64,000 nucleotides of DNA from an uncultured Verrucomicrobiaceae bacterium. Its GTDB lineage: Bacteria > Verrucomicrobiota > Verrucomicrobiia > Verrucomicrobiales > Verrucomicrobiaceae. This document shows positions 8,023 to 16,918 of this stretch, piece by piece (the stretch's first letter is position 1; each line of letters opens with the position of its first letter). A program made the position numbers and the translations under genes. The notes beneath the pieces are model-generated. The model saw only the letters and a list, made by a program, of their open reading frames with translations. It was not told the DNA's origin and ran no database searches. The stretch covers positions 2,791,060 through 2,855,059 of the forward strand of contig OW818661.1 in the NCBI GenBank assembly GCA_942493005.1, written 5' to 3'.

Positions 8023-10524
8023 ATGAAACCGATCACTTCCCTGAGCGCCATGGCGCTCTTCTCACTGGCTCTCGTCAGTTGCGACCCTCCTGCCCCGGCG
8101 AATAACGCCGCTGCCGAAGAAGCTCGCCTCAAACTGGAGCAAAGCCAGGCCGCCTATGAGCAGCAAGCCGCTGACATGCAGGCGCGCAGTGCTGACCTCC
8201 AGCAGCAGCTCGCCGATCTCCAGCGTAGCATTCAAGAAAAGGAAAATGCCGAGCTTCAGGCCAAGCTGGAAGCCATCCAGAGAGAAAACGAAAAACTGAT
8301 GGCCGATGCAGAGGCCGCCCGACTGAAAAGTGAGGAACTCAGGGATCAACTGGCCGCCACGCCTGCACCATCCCCCGCCCCTTATTACCCGCCGGCTCCT
8401 ACTCCTGGTGGACAGGCCTGGGTAGATCCAGAGGCAGACTACTCCATGTTTTATGAGGAGCTGACGCCCCATGGCAACTGGTTGGATGTGGAGGGCTACG
8501 GTTATGCTTGGCAGCCTACGTTGGCCTCCCGCTCCAGCTGGCGCCCCTATGTGGATGGACGCTGGGTCTGGAGTGACCAGGGCTGGGCCTGGGATACACC
8601 GGAGCCGTTTGGCTGGGCCTGTTACCACTATGGTCGCTGGGTGCGCATCGCCCGTCATGGCTGGGTCTGGGTACCCGGACGTGAATGGGCCCCTGCCTGG
8701 GTTTCCTGGCGCTCCGGCGCTGACTGTGTGGGCTGGGCCCCGCTGCCCCCAGAACGCCGGCGTGGATACACCAGCATCGGTTATGATTGTGATGTCAATT
8801 ACGGCCTCTCCCCCAGCAGCTACGTGTTCATCCAGTCGTCCAACTTTGGCCGCAATAGCTATGTCAACGTCTGCCTCTCCATCACCAACATCACCAACAT
8901 CTTCCAGCAGACGGTGAACCTGACCAACATCGTCCGCATCAATCAGCAGCAGACGAATTTCTTTGTGCATCGCGGTGGTCCAGATCGCCGCTGGCTGGAG
9001 GGGCGTTTTGGCGGTCGCGTACCCGTGGCCCCTGTGCGCATCGTGCCCACCTTGGAGCGCCCCGTCATGGATCGTGGAGACCGCGATCGGGATTCTGTTC
9101 GCCCTCTCATCGCCGCTCCCCTGCCATCAGGCCGCCCAGGTCGCCCATCGAAACTGCCTCGCATTGCCGACAAAATCGCCCGCCCAGCCATTGTGGATGC
9201 CTGGACAGATGTGCCAGATGATCGCCGCCAAAAGCTCCGCGACACCATCAGCCGTCAGGCCCGTGAGCCCAAGCCCGTGCTGCCTGCCGTTGTCACCCAG
9301 CCGCCACAGGTTCCAGATCAAGGCCCAGGCCCCCGCCCACTTCCCGGCGAACGCCCTGAAGTGCGCCCAGGCCAGCCCCTGCCTGGAGGAGTCACCACGC
9401 CGCCAGATCGCATGACGGATCGCGGTCGTGACCGTGACCGTGGAGATCGCCCACAGCCGGGCGAACGCCCCGAAGTACGCCCAAGCCTGCCCCTGCCAGG
9501 AGGAGTCACCACGCCGCCAGATCGCATGACGGATCGCGGTCGTGACCGTGGAGATCGCCCACAGCCCGGCGAACGCCCTGAAGTGCGCCCAGGCCTGCCC
9601 CTGCCAGGAGGAGTCACCACGCCGCCAGATCGCATGACGGATCGCGGTCGTGACCGCGAAGATCGTCCCGGCCTGGATTCTGCCGCCGCTAAACAGGCGG
9701 AACTGGCTCGCCGTGCCGCTGAAGCAGCGGGCATGAAACAACGCGAAGACGCCGCTCGACAAAACGAGTTGCTCAAGCAGAAAGAGGCGGCTGAAGAAAA
9801 AATGCGCGATGCAACTAAAGGCCGTGAAAAGGCCGCTGAGGCCATGAAAGAGGCCGAAGCTAATCGCCGCCAGCGGGATGCTTCGATGGCTCAGCAACAG
9901 GAACTGGCACGGCAGCAGGCTGAAAACAACAAGCTCGAAATGCGTAAGCAAGAGCTTCTGAAGCAACAAGCTGAAGCCATGAAAAACCGCGAAAACATGA
10001 CCGCGCAGGAAGCCGCTATGGCCCGACAACAGGAACTGGCCCGCAAACAAGCGGAATCCAGCGCCATGCAGGAGCGCCTGCAAGAACAGCAAAAGCTCCG
10101 CGAAGACCTGCGCCGCCAGCAGGGCGAAGCCATGAAAGCCCGTGAAGCGCAGGCCGCGCAACAGGCGGAAATGGCCCGTCGCCAGCGCGACGTGGAAACC
10201 AGCCGCGCTCGCGAAGCCGCCATGGCTCAACAACAGGAACTCGCCCGCCGCAATGAGGCAGCAGCTGAAATGCAAAAACGCCAGCTAGAAGCCCAGCAAG
10301 CAGAGATGATGAACCGTCAACGCGAAGCCTTGGCCGAAAAAGCCCGCGAGGCCGCCGCTCGTCAGCAACAAGAGATGGCCGAACGTCAACGTGAAGCTTT
10401 GCAAAAACAGCAAGAAGCAGCGCAGCGTGAAGCCATGCGTCAGCAGCAGGAGCAGTCCCAGCGCCGCGCTCAGGAAGAGACTCAACGGCGCACAGACGAT
10501 GGAAATCGTCGTCGTGAACGCTAA
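8023..10524 (+). CDS. lipoprotein with DUF6600-like Trp-rich domain, tandem repeats and long E/Q/R/A coiled-coil tail
   Basis: Lipobox-like LALVSC. W-rich module YGYAWQP..WRPYVDGRWVWSDQGWAWDTPEPFGWACYHYGRWV. Three repeats of PGERPEVRPGxPLPGGVTTPPDRMTDRGRDR. About 330 aa of QQQELAR-type low-complexity helix. Confidence 0.75.
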   Translation: MKPITSLSAMALFSLALVSCDPPAPANNAAAEEARLKLEQSQAAYEQQAADMQARSADLQQQLADLQRSIQEKENAELQAKLEAIQRENEKLMADAEAARLKSEELRDQLAATPAPSPAPYYPPAPTPGGQAWVDPEADYSMFYEELTPHGNWLDVEGYGYAWQPTLASRSSWRPYVDGRWVWSDQGWAWDTPEPFGWACYHYGRWVRIARHGWVWVPGREWAPAWVSWRSGADCVGWAPLPPERRRGYTSIGYDCDVNYGLSPSSYVFIQSSNFGRNSYVNVCLSITNITNIFQQTVNLTNIVRINQQQTNFFVHRGGPDRRWLEGRFGGRVPVAPVRIVPTLERPVMDRGDRDRDSVRPLIAAPLPSGRPGRPSKLPRIADKIARPAIVDAWTDVPDDRRQKLRDTISRQAREPKPVLPAVVTQPPQVPDQGPGPRPLPGERPEVRPGQPLPGGVTTPPDRMTDRGRDRDRGDRPQPGERPEVRPSLPLPGGVTTPPDRMTDRGRDRGDRPQPGERPEVRPGLPLPGGVTTPPDRMTDRGRDREDRPGLDSAAAKQAELARRAAEAAGMKQREDAARQNELLKQKEAAEEKMRDATKGREKAAEAMKEAEANRRQRDASMAQQQELARQQAENNKLEMRKQELLKQQAEAMKNRENMTAQEAAMARQQELARKQAESSAMQERLQEQQKLREDLRRQQGEAMKAREAQAAQQAEMARRQRDVETSRAREAAMAQQQELARRNEAAAEMQKRQLEAQQAEMMNRQREALAEKAREAAARQQQEMAERQREALQKQQEAAQREAMRQQQEQSQRRAQEETQRRTDDGNRRRER
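9343..9672 (+). repeat. three in-frame tandem DNA repeats (114, 108, 108 bp) inside the 8023..10524 CDS
   Basis: Units start at 9343, 9457 and 9565 (c-c-c/g-g-g-cgaacgcc..). They are nearly identical at the nucleotide level. The first unit carries an extra gaccgt (DR) pair. Confidence 0.9.
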
Positions 10525-10608
10525 CCGCAATAGGGAGTTATTGATTCACCCGATTCAGGCTAACGACCTTCATTGACCTCATTTGGCGACCGTGATAGAC
10601 CGGTGTCT

Positions 10609-11079
10609 ATGCACGGTCGCTTCATTTTATTTTGTGTTGGGCTACCTCTGCTGGCACTCCCCAGTTGCAGCACCCCCGAAGAGTCTGAGACCCGGCCCAC
10701 GGGAACCAATGTATTGAGTGCCGCCGCTTTAAGCCAAGCTCAGAGAGGCACGGTGGATTTCACCCGCCATATCAAACCCATCCTTGAGGCAAAATGTGCC
10801 ACCTGCCACAATCAGCAGACGCTTCCAGGGAAAATGAGCCTCGCAAACCGCACAGAAGCCCATCGCACGGGAGGCCTTCGCGGATTCATCATCCCCGGGC
10901 AGCCTGAGGCAAGCCCTTTGATCATGCGACTGGGCGAATCCCACACCGCTGTCCAGGCCATGCCGCCTGTTGGGGAAAGCCTAACCAAGGAGGAAACTAC
11001 CGTCATCAAACGCTGGATTTCTCAAGGTGCTTCCTGGCCATCTGGCCCCGAGGGCCAGCTTCGTATCTCCACCCGGTGA
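10609..11079 (+). CDS. stand-alone PSCyt1 (planctomycete-type cytochrome c) domain lipoprotein
   Basis: Signal/lipobox LLALPSCS. IKPILEAKCATCHN heme motif. IIPGQPEASPL..MPPVGESLTKEETTVIKRWISQGASWP matches the PSCyt1 pattern. ATG at 10609 is preferred over TTG at 10573. Confidence 0.7.
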   Translation: MHGRFILFCVGLPLLALPSCSTPEESETRPTGTNVLSAAALSQAQRGTVDFTRHIKPILEAKCATCHNQQTLPGKMSLANRTEAHRTGGLRGFIIPGQPEASPLIMRLGESHTAVQAMPPVGESLTKEETTVIKRWISQGASWPSGPEGQLRISTR

Positions 11080-11147
11080 AATTCCACCTTGAAGGATGGG
11101 TGTATCGCGTGGCATCTTAGCTGCTGCGGTCTTCCAGGCTCTACCTC

Positions 11148-12659
11148 ATGCGCACCCCTTCTTCTTTGACATTCCACCGCGTCCTCAATCCTTCCAACTC
11201 GGGTGGGGCGATGCCGGTGGTGATTGTCCTCCTCGCGCTGGCCGCCAGCGTGGCCATCTTCTTCATGTTCACCCGACCGTCCATGGAGCAGGCCAAACCG
11301 GAAGATAAGCCTGTAGCTTCCAGTCCCTCCCCAACGAGTGTCAAAGCTCCCGCTCCCGCCAAGGAGACAGCCCCGCCTTCAGCCCCTGTAGCGCCAGCGC
11401 CTGCGGCGAAACCGATCTTCGGTTTCGCCCGGCCACTGGATCTCGGTAAGGAAATGGTGCGTAGCCTCACTGCCGGAGATTTCATGCGCGCAGGGGAACT
11501 GGCAGCTGCGGGAGATCCCGAACAATCCAAAGCCGCAACGGCCGTTTTTGAGCGCATGCTCAAGGGACTGGGAGCCAAAGTGGGAATCGAGGATCAGGTC
11601 GAGCTCATTGGCCTCGTGGAAAATAAAACCCGGGTCGCTATCCCTCTCACTTTGCCTGGAAACCAGGAGCCTGTGCGCCTGCAGCTCGATTTGGAAAGAG
11701 ACGACAAAATGGGCTGGAAGATCGCCCGCCTGCAATTGCCGAAAGAACTCAGCAGCGCCGTGGTAGCCGCCGCACCTCCTGCCACAGCCATGAGCACAGC
11801 CGCCTCTTCAGCAGCGACGTCTCCTTCCAGTCCTACCACCGCTTCCGCACCACTGGCAAAAACGGCCCCTTCGCCAAAATCCGCTCCTAAAAGCCCCCTC
11901 TTCACCGTCGAAGAAACGCCGGATGCACTGACCTTTGGCAGCGACTTCGTGCGGGCGCTGTTGAAGCATGACTTCGTCGCTGCCCGAAAGTTTGTGGATG
12001 AAAAGAAGGTGCCTGCCGAGCGGTTAGCCGGGCTCTGCATCGTCTTTGAAGAAGGGGCGTATGAATTCAAGCCTACAAAGCCCCTCATCATCACCGTGGC
12101 TAATCCCGAAGTCTCCTGGGTCATCGCCCAGGTGCAGTCGCAAAAACTGCAGCAGTCCACGGAATTTGGCCTGGAAATGCAGCGCGCAGGTGTGGACCAA
12201 CCTTGGAAAGTGGTAGGCCTAAACCTTTCCGAAATCCTCAGTTCCTTCGCCTCATCTGCCGCTAAAATGGGTGTGCCCTACACCCCGATCGTGAGCAACC
12301 CCAAAGGAGGGGAATCCCTGGCACTCTACTTTGAGTATGACCAAGCGGAGTTGCATCCACGGGCGCTCAAGCAGTTAGAAATCGTCGCCGGCCTGCTCAA
12401 TTCAGATCCTTCTAAAAAGCTTCAAATCGCCGGCCACACGGATGCTAAGGGCACCGACAACTACAACCTGGCCCTCTCTCAAGCCCGCGCAGAATCCGTC
12501 AAAAAGCAGCTCGCAGGGTTAGGGGTCGCGGCGGCTCAGATCGTCACCACCGGCCTGGGCAAAGCCCAACCCCTGGGACCTAACCAAAAGGCTGACGGCA
12601 CCGATGATCCAGAAGGACGGTCAAAAAACCGTCGCGCAGAGATCTATCTGGATTTTTAG
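11148..12659 (+). CDS. OmpA-family peptidoglycan-binding protein with N-terminal TM anchor and duplicated middle domain
   Basis: C-terminal OmpA-like domain (IAGHTDAKGTDNYNLALSQARAESVKKQL..NRRAEIYL). TM segment MPVVIVLLALAASVAIFFMF. An alternative ATG at 11211 has a GGTGGGG upstream. Confidence 0.85.
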   Translation: MRTPSSLTFHRVLNPSNSGGAMPVVIVLLALAASVAIFFMFTRPSMEQAKPEDKPVASSPSPTSVKAPAPAKETAPPSAPVAPAPAAKPIFGFARPLDLGKEMVRSLTAGDFMRAGELAAAGDPEQSKAATAVFERMLKGLGAKVGIEDQVELIGLVENKTRVAIPLTLPGNQEPVRLQLDLERDDKMGWKIARLQLPKELSSAVVAAAPPATAMSTAASSAATSPSSPTTASAPLAKTAPSPKSAPKSPLFTVEETPDALTFGSDFVRALLKHDFVAARKFVDEKKVPAERLAGLCIVFEEGAYEFKPTKPLIITVANPEVSWVIAQVQSQKLQQSTEFGLEMQRAGVDQPWKVVGLNLSEILSSFASSAAKMGVPYTPIVSNPKGGESLALYFEYDQAELHPRALKQLEIVAGLLNSDPSKKLQIAGHTDAKGTDNYNLALSQARAESVKKQLAGLGVAAAQIVTTGLGKAQPLGPNQKADGTDDPEGRSKNRRAEIYLDF

Positions 12660-12782
12660 TATCGGCCTAGGCCACGTGTGCTTATCGTACTGCGTTTGCC
12701 TCCTCTCCTTTCCCAGCTCAGCTCTCGAGCCCAGTCTTTGCTCTCACGCGGGGCGGGGTCTCGCATCGTCTCAGGCTTCCTC

Positions 12783-14078
12783 ATGGTGGCGCTGCTGACT
12801 GTGGGGTCAAAAGCGGTCTCATTTCTCAAAGATGCAGCCATCGCCCGCCAGTTCGGGACGGGAGATGCGCTGGATGCATTCCTTGTCTCTTTTGGCCTGC
12901 TGACCTTCCTTGCCGCATTGGTCGGAGGTGGCCTGCCGGAATCTTTTCTGCCCGTTTATATCGAGAGTGCTCACCGCGGCATCCGCAGGCGCGCCCTGCG
13001 CCTCGCCGTGCAGAGCAGCTTCATTCATGCCGCCACTTTGGGCCTGCTCGCAGTAGCGGTTTACTTCATCGCCCCTTACTTTGTGAGTTGGGCTACCCGA
13101 GGCTTCAATCCTGAAAAACAAGCCCTGGCGGTCAGCCTACTCCGCCAGTTGCTCCCCTTCATGGTTTGCTTTGGCCTGAGCTATCAGTTTTCCGCCTGGC
13201 TGCGTGCCGACAAGCGATTCATCATCGCCACCAGTGCGCCCACGTTGATCCCCATGACGATCATCGGCCTCCTGATTTATGACGGAGATCGGGCCACTGT
13301 CGCCACTTTGGTTACGGGCACCGTTGCGGGCTCTGCCCTACACCTCACGGTGCTTTTGGGGACCTTGTTGCATGGGCTCCCGAGACAAAAACATTTTTGG
13401 AGAGGCTGCTGGAAACTTTGGGAGCCTAAGCTCGGGCGCATCTGTCGCCACACCGCGCACTTCCTTTTTGCCGGCGGCATTTTCAGCAGCTCGGTGGTGG
13501 TGGATCAAACCATGGCCGCTTGGCTACCTCCCGGCAGTGTCGCCGTGCTCGGTTACACGGAAAAAATCTGCGGTATCATCCTGGCCGTCACCGTAGCTCC
13601 TTCGTGCGACGTCCTTTTCCCCTACTTTGCGGATAAAGTTGCCCGCCGCGATTGGCTTGGCGTGAAACACCAGCTTTTGGTCAGTGCCGGGGCGATTTTG
13701 GCGCTCGCACTGCCGGCCGTTCTCATGCTCTGCTGGCTAGCCCCTTGGGTCGTCAGTCTGTTATTTCAGCGGGGCTCTTTCACTTCAGAAGACACTCAGC
13801 GTGTGGCCGAAGTTCTCCGCTTTGCCGCCTTGCAGATCCCCTTTTACATCGTTGGCAGCCTTGCTTCACGGGTGGTCGTCGCCATGCAGGCAACACACTT
13901 CATCATCTGGATTTCTGTGATCGGGTTGATTGGCAATGCCGGGCTGAATTGGGTTCTCATGCGGAGCATGGGCGCAGCAGGCATCGCCCTTTCCACCGTC
14001 TTGATCCAAATGACCTCTGCGGTGCTAGCCTGCCTCTACGTCCTACGCCAGATCAAGGACCGTCTCAAAAACGGTTAG
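12783..14078 (+). CDS. murJ: MurJ/MviN-family lipid II (or polysaccharide) flippase
   Basis: N-terminus GSKAVSFLKDAAIARQFGTGDALDAF is typical of MurJ. Multi-pass membrane protein. ATG at 12783 is preferred over the GTG-extended ORF at 12678. Confidence 0.8.
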   Translation: MVALLTVGSKAVSFLKDAAIARQFGTGDALDAFLVSFGLLTFLAALVGGGLPESFLPVYIESAHRGIRRRALRLAVQSSFIHAATLGLLAVAVYFIAPYFVSWATRGFNPEKQALAVSLLRQLLPFMVCFGLSYQFSAWLRADKRFIIATSAPTLIPMTIIGLLIYDGDRATVATLVTGTVAGSALHLTVLLGTLLHGLPRQKHFWRGCWKLWEPKLGRICRHTAHFLFAGGIFSSSVVVDQTMAAWLPPGSVAVLGYTEKICGIILAVTVAPSCDVLFPYFADKVARRDWLGVKHQLLVSAGAILALALPAVLMLCWLAPWVVSLLFQRGSFTSEDTQRVAEVLRFAALQIPFYIVGSLASRVVVAMQATHFIIWISVIGLIGNAGLNWVLMRSMGAAGIALSTVLIQMTSAVLACLYVLRQIKDRLKNG

Positions 14079-14124
14079 CCGACAGTTTCCCCAAAATGCT
14101 CATCGTCGGGTGACGTGTATTCCA

Positions 14125-14155
14125 TAAAAAAAAGCGCAGACCTTTCGGTCTGCGC
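14125..14155 (-). terminator. rho-independent terminator of the 14177..14596 gene (possibly bidirectional)
   Basis: Stem gcgcagacc (14134-14142) / ggtctgcgc (14147-14155) with loop tttc. A8 on + (14126-14133) gives T8 after the stem on the minus strand. Confidence 0.75.
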
Positions 14156-14176
14156 TCTCGAATACATTTGAGTGAA

Positions 14177-14596
14177 TTACCAGCCCTGATTGCGGCTGTA
14201 ATCAGTCTGGGACATGAAGCCCATCTGCGGAGAGAACTCCGTGTAGCCCCACCATGGATCGATCTGAGCCTTGCGGTAATAAGGCGGACGATAGGTGAGC
14301 TTCCAAGAAGGCAGCGGGAAAGTGGCCATTTCATACACGCCGTAACCAGCGCGGACGGTGATGCGCTTCACACCTTCAATGAAGAAGTCAGCGAAAGCGG
14401 CATGGGCACCATCGGTCTCGACGGTGCGCTGCCAGACATTGAAGGGCTCTGTCCATCCGTAGAGAACATTGCCAACGCCACGGCTCAGTTTGCGGCTCCA
14501 GTTGTAATGATGTCCTGGAGGCGACTGGATGTCGGCGAAGGCGACGCCGCAGAGCGTCAGGGCGGAAAGAATGGTGAGGGCTATACGATTTTTCAT
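14177..14596 (-). CDS. exosortase system-associated protein, TIGR04073 family
   Basis: Signal peptide, then KLSRGVGNVLYGWTEP and RAGYGVYEMATFPLP. These match the remembered family pattern KLGRGxxNxxxGWxExP ... RxxxGxxExxTFPxP. Confidence 0.65.
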   Translation of the reverse strand: MKNRIALTILSALTLCGVAFADIQSPPGHHYNWSRKLSRGVGNVLYGWTEPFNVWQRTVETDGAHAAFADFFIEGVKRITVRAGYGVYEMATFPLPSWKLTYRPPYYRKAQIDPWWGYTEFSPQMGFMSQTDYSRNQGW

Positions 14597-14724
14597 GCGG
14601 TCAGCACAGAGTTATCAAAAATGGCGGCCATCTGGCAAGAAGGATTCTCACTTTTTTTTCGAATCTATTCTGGTGACAAAAGCATGCACATCGCCAGATC
14701 GGCTACTGTATCGTCTCCTTTATC

Positions 14725-15753
14725 ATGAAACCCCTGCTGACCCATGCCGAACTCGAAGACCAGCTCAGCCTGCCCACCGCAGGCGTCCTGGACACGTTGC
14801 AGAGTTTGCAGGGAGACTTCATGGTGCTAGGAGCCGGGGGTAAAATGGGCCCTTCTCTGGCCCGAATGATCCGACGCGGGCTGGATAGCCTAGGTCAGCA
14901 TGAACGCCGTGTGTTCGCCGTTTCCCGCTTCTCCTCCACTGCCGCTGCGGCTGAACTCCAGCAACACGGGGTGCAGACGCTCGCCTGTGATCTTTTAGAC
15001 CGTGCTGCCGTCCAGGCTCTGCCGGATGTGCCGAATATCATCTTCATGGCCGGGCAAAAATTTGGCACTCAGGATGCCCCTGAGCTCACCTGGGTGATGA
15101 ATACCCTCGTTCCCGCCATTGTGGCAGAGCGTTACCCACTGGCCCGCATCGTGGTTTTTTCCACCGCCTGTGTGTATCCACTCACTTCCACCGCAGGCCT
15201 AGGTTCAACCGAAGAAGATCCGCTGGCCCCACCCGGAGACTATGCAAACTCCTGCGTGGGGCGTGAACGCATCTTCACCCATTTCTCCAAACAAAATGGC
15301 ACCCTCGCACTGATGTTCCGCCTCAGTTACGCGATTGATCTGCGCTATGGGGTGCTGCACGACGTGGCCCAAAAAGTCGCTCAGGGCCTACCTGTGGATG
15401 TGACCATGGGCTACGCCAATGTCATTTGGCAAGGGGATGCCAATGCGCGTGCCATCCAGTGCCTCGCCCACACCACCCAACCGCCCTGTGCGCTGAATGT
15501 CACCGGGCTGGAGCGCGTCTCCATCCGCCACTTGGCCGAGGGGTTTGGCCGTCTTTTGGGTCGAGCACCCTTCATCATGGGTGAGGAAGGCCCCGCCGCC
15601 TGGCTCTTTGACGCTAGTCGTTCTTATGAATGGTTCGGCCCGCCTACTGTCACCTTGGAAGAAATGATCGCAGCCACGGCCCAGTGGGTGCGCCAGGGGG
15701 GCCAGTCCTTGGGCAAACCCACCCATTTTGAAACACGCGATGGAAATTTCTGA
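14725..15753 (+). CDS. NAD-dependent epimerase/dehydratase family protein
   Basis: Rossmann motif VLGAGGKMGPSLARMI. 342 aa. SDR-extended-like layout. Confidence 0.8.
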   Translation: MKPLLTHAELEDQLSLPTAGVLDTLQSLQGDFMVLGAGGKMGPSLARMIRRGLDSLGQHERRVFAVSRFSSTAAAAELQQHGVQTLACDLLDRAAVQALPDVPNIIFMAGQKFGTQDAPELTWVMNTLVPAIVAERYPLARIVVFSTACVYPLTSTAGLGSTEEDPLAPPGDYANSCVGRERIFTHFSKQNGTLALMFRLSYAIDLRYGVLHDVAQKVAQGLPVDVTMGYANVIWQGDANARAIQCLAHTTQPPCALNVTGLERVSIRHLAEGFGRLLGRAPFIMGEEGPAAWLFDASRSYEWFGPPTVTLEEMIAATAQWVRQGGQSLGKPTHFETRDGNF

Positions 15754-16762
15754 CCTCCGCCAGCGGCTGCATCAAGGCCTAGCCATCCCAGCACACCCCT
15801 TGGCACTCAATGCCCAACGTCATCTGGATGAACGCCGCCAGCGTGCCCTCACCCGTTATTATTTAGCGGCTGGCGTCGGCGGGCTAGCGGTAGGCGTTCA
15901 TACCACGCAGTTTGCCATTCGCTCCCCAGAGATCAATTTGCTGAAGCCCGTTCTGGAGTTGGCCGCCGAAGAGATGGACCGCTGCCCACGCGCCGTGGTC
16001 AAGATTGCCGGGATCTGTGGGCGGACCTCTCAGGCCCTCGCCGAAGCCGAACTGCTGCGCTTGCTCGGTTATCAGGCCGGACTCTTGAGTCTGGGGGCGC
16101 TGAGGGATGAACCCGAGGCAGCGCTGATCTCCCATTGTCGTGCTGTTGCGGAGGTGGTGCCCATCATCGGTTTTTATCTTCAGCCCAGCGTCGGTGGCCG
16201 TGTGCTCCCGCATTCTTTTTGGAGAAAGTTCGCCGAGATCGAAAACGTCGTGGCCATCAAAATGGCCCCTTTCAATCGGTATCAGACCCTGGACGTGATC
16301 CGTGCCGTCATGGAAGCGGGGCGGGACGACATCGCTCTCTACACAGGCAATGATGACAACATCGTGGCAGATCTCGTCACCCCTTTCCAATATCAAGGGA
16401 AGCAGCGGCGGATCGTGGGTGGGCTCTTGGGCCACTGGTCCGTGTGGACTCAAAAAGCCGTGACGCTCCTCCAGCGCTGCCAGAATGAGCCTGCTTCTCC
16501 AGAACTGCTCCGGCTCGGTCAAGAGATCACCGACTGCAATGCCGCCTTTTTTGATGCGGCCCATGGGTTCAGCGGCTGCATCGCCGGGTTGCATGAAGTG
16601 CTGCGCCGCCAGGGCCTTCTAGAGGGCTTATGGTGCCTAGACCCTCAGGAAACGCTCAGCCCAGGCCAGCTCGAAGAAATAGACCGAGTGTATGCGGCCT
16701 ATCCGCATTTGAGCGATGATGCCTTTGTCACTGCACACCGGGACGAATGGTTGAAGGATTGA
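15740..16762 (+). CDS. dihydrodipicolinate synthase (DapA-like) family protein
   Basis: About 340 aa. Overlaps the epimerase stop by 14 nt (ATG 15740; the TTG at 15728 is less likely). TIM-barrel-like pattern. Family call from memory of PVC homologs. Confidence 0.55.
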   Translation: MEISDLRQRLHQGLAIPAHPLALNAQRHLDERRQRALTRYYLAAGVGGLAVGVHTTQFAIRSPEINLLKPVLELAAEEMDRCPRAVVKIAGICGRTSQALAEAELLRLLGYQAGLLSLGALRDEPEAALISHCRAVAEVVPIIGFYLQPSVGGRVLPHSFWRKFAEIENVVAIKMAPFNRYQTLDVIRAVMEAGRDDIALYTGNDDNIVADLVTPFQYQGKQRRIVGGLLGHWSVWTQKAVTLLQRCQNEPASPELLRLGQEITDCNAAFFDAAHGFSGCIAGLHEVLRRQGLLEGLWCLDPQETLSPGQLEEIDRVYAAYPHLSDDAFVTAHRDEWLKD

Positions 16763-16918
16763 CCTAGGCCACAGGGGTCGCAGCCCGGTGACAGACCCAA
16801 ATAGGGCGTAAATGAAGCGCATTCACGCTTTACTCAGGAAACGAATCCAGATTTAATTCACAAATTCGGCGGGGATTTCCCGCCCTACACTTCATACCCC
16901 ACTTCCCACCTCTGAGCC

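Noticed and set aside
9343-9672. Considered whether the direct repeats could be a CRISPR array.
   Set aside because: The units are contiguous with no spacers, are 108-114 bp long, and are in frame within a protein-coding gene.
8062-10275. Minus-strand ORFs 8062..8970 and 9127..10275 opposite the DUF6600 gene.
   Set aside because: They mirror the repeat and low-complexity regions of the + strand gene. The repeated FRAFAG.. peptides are simply the reverse translation of the tandem repeats.
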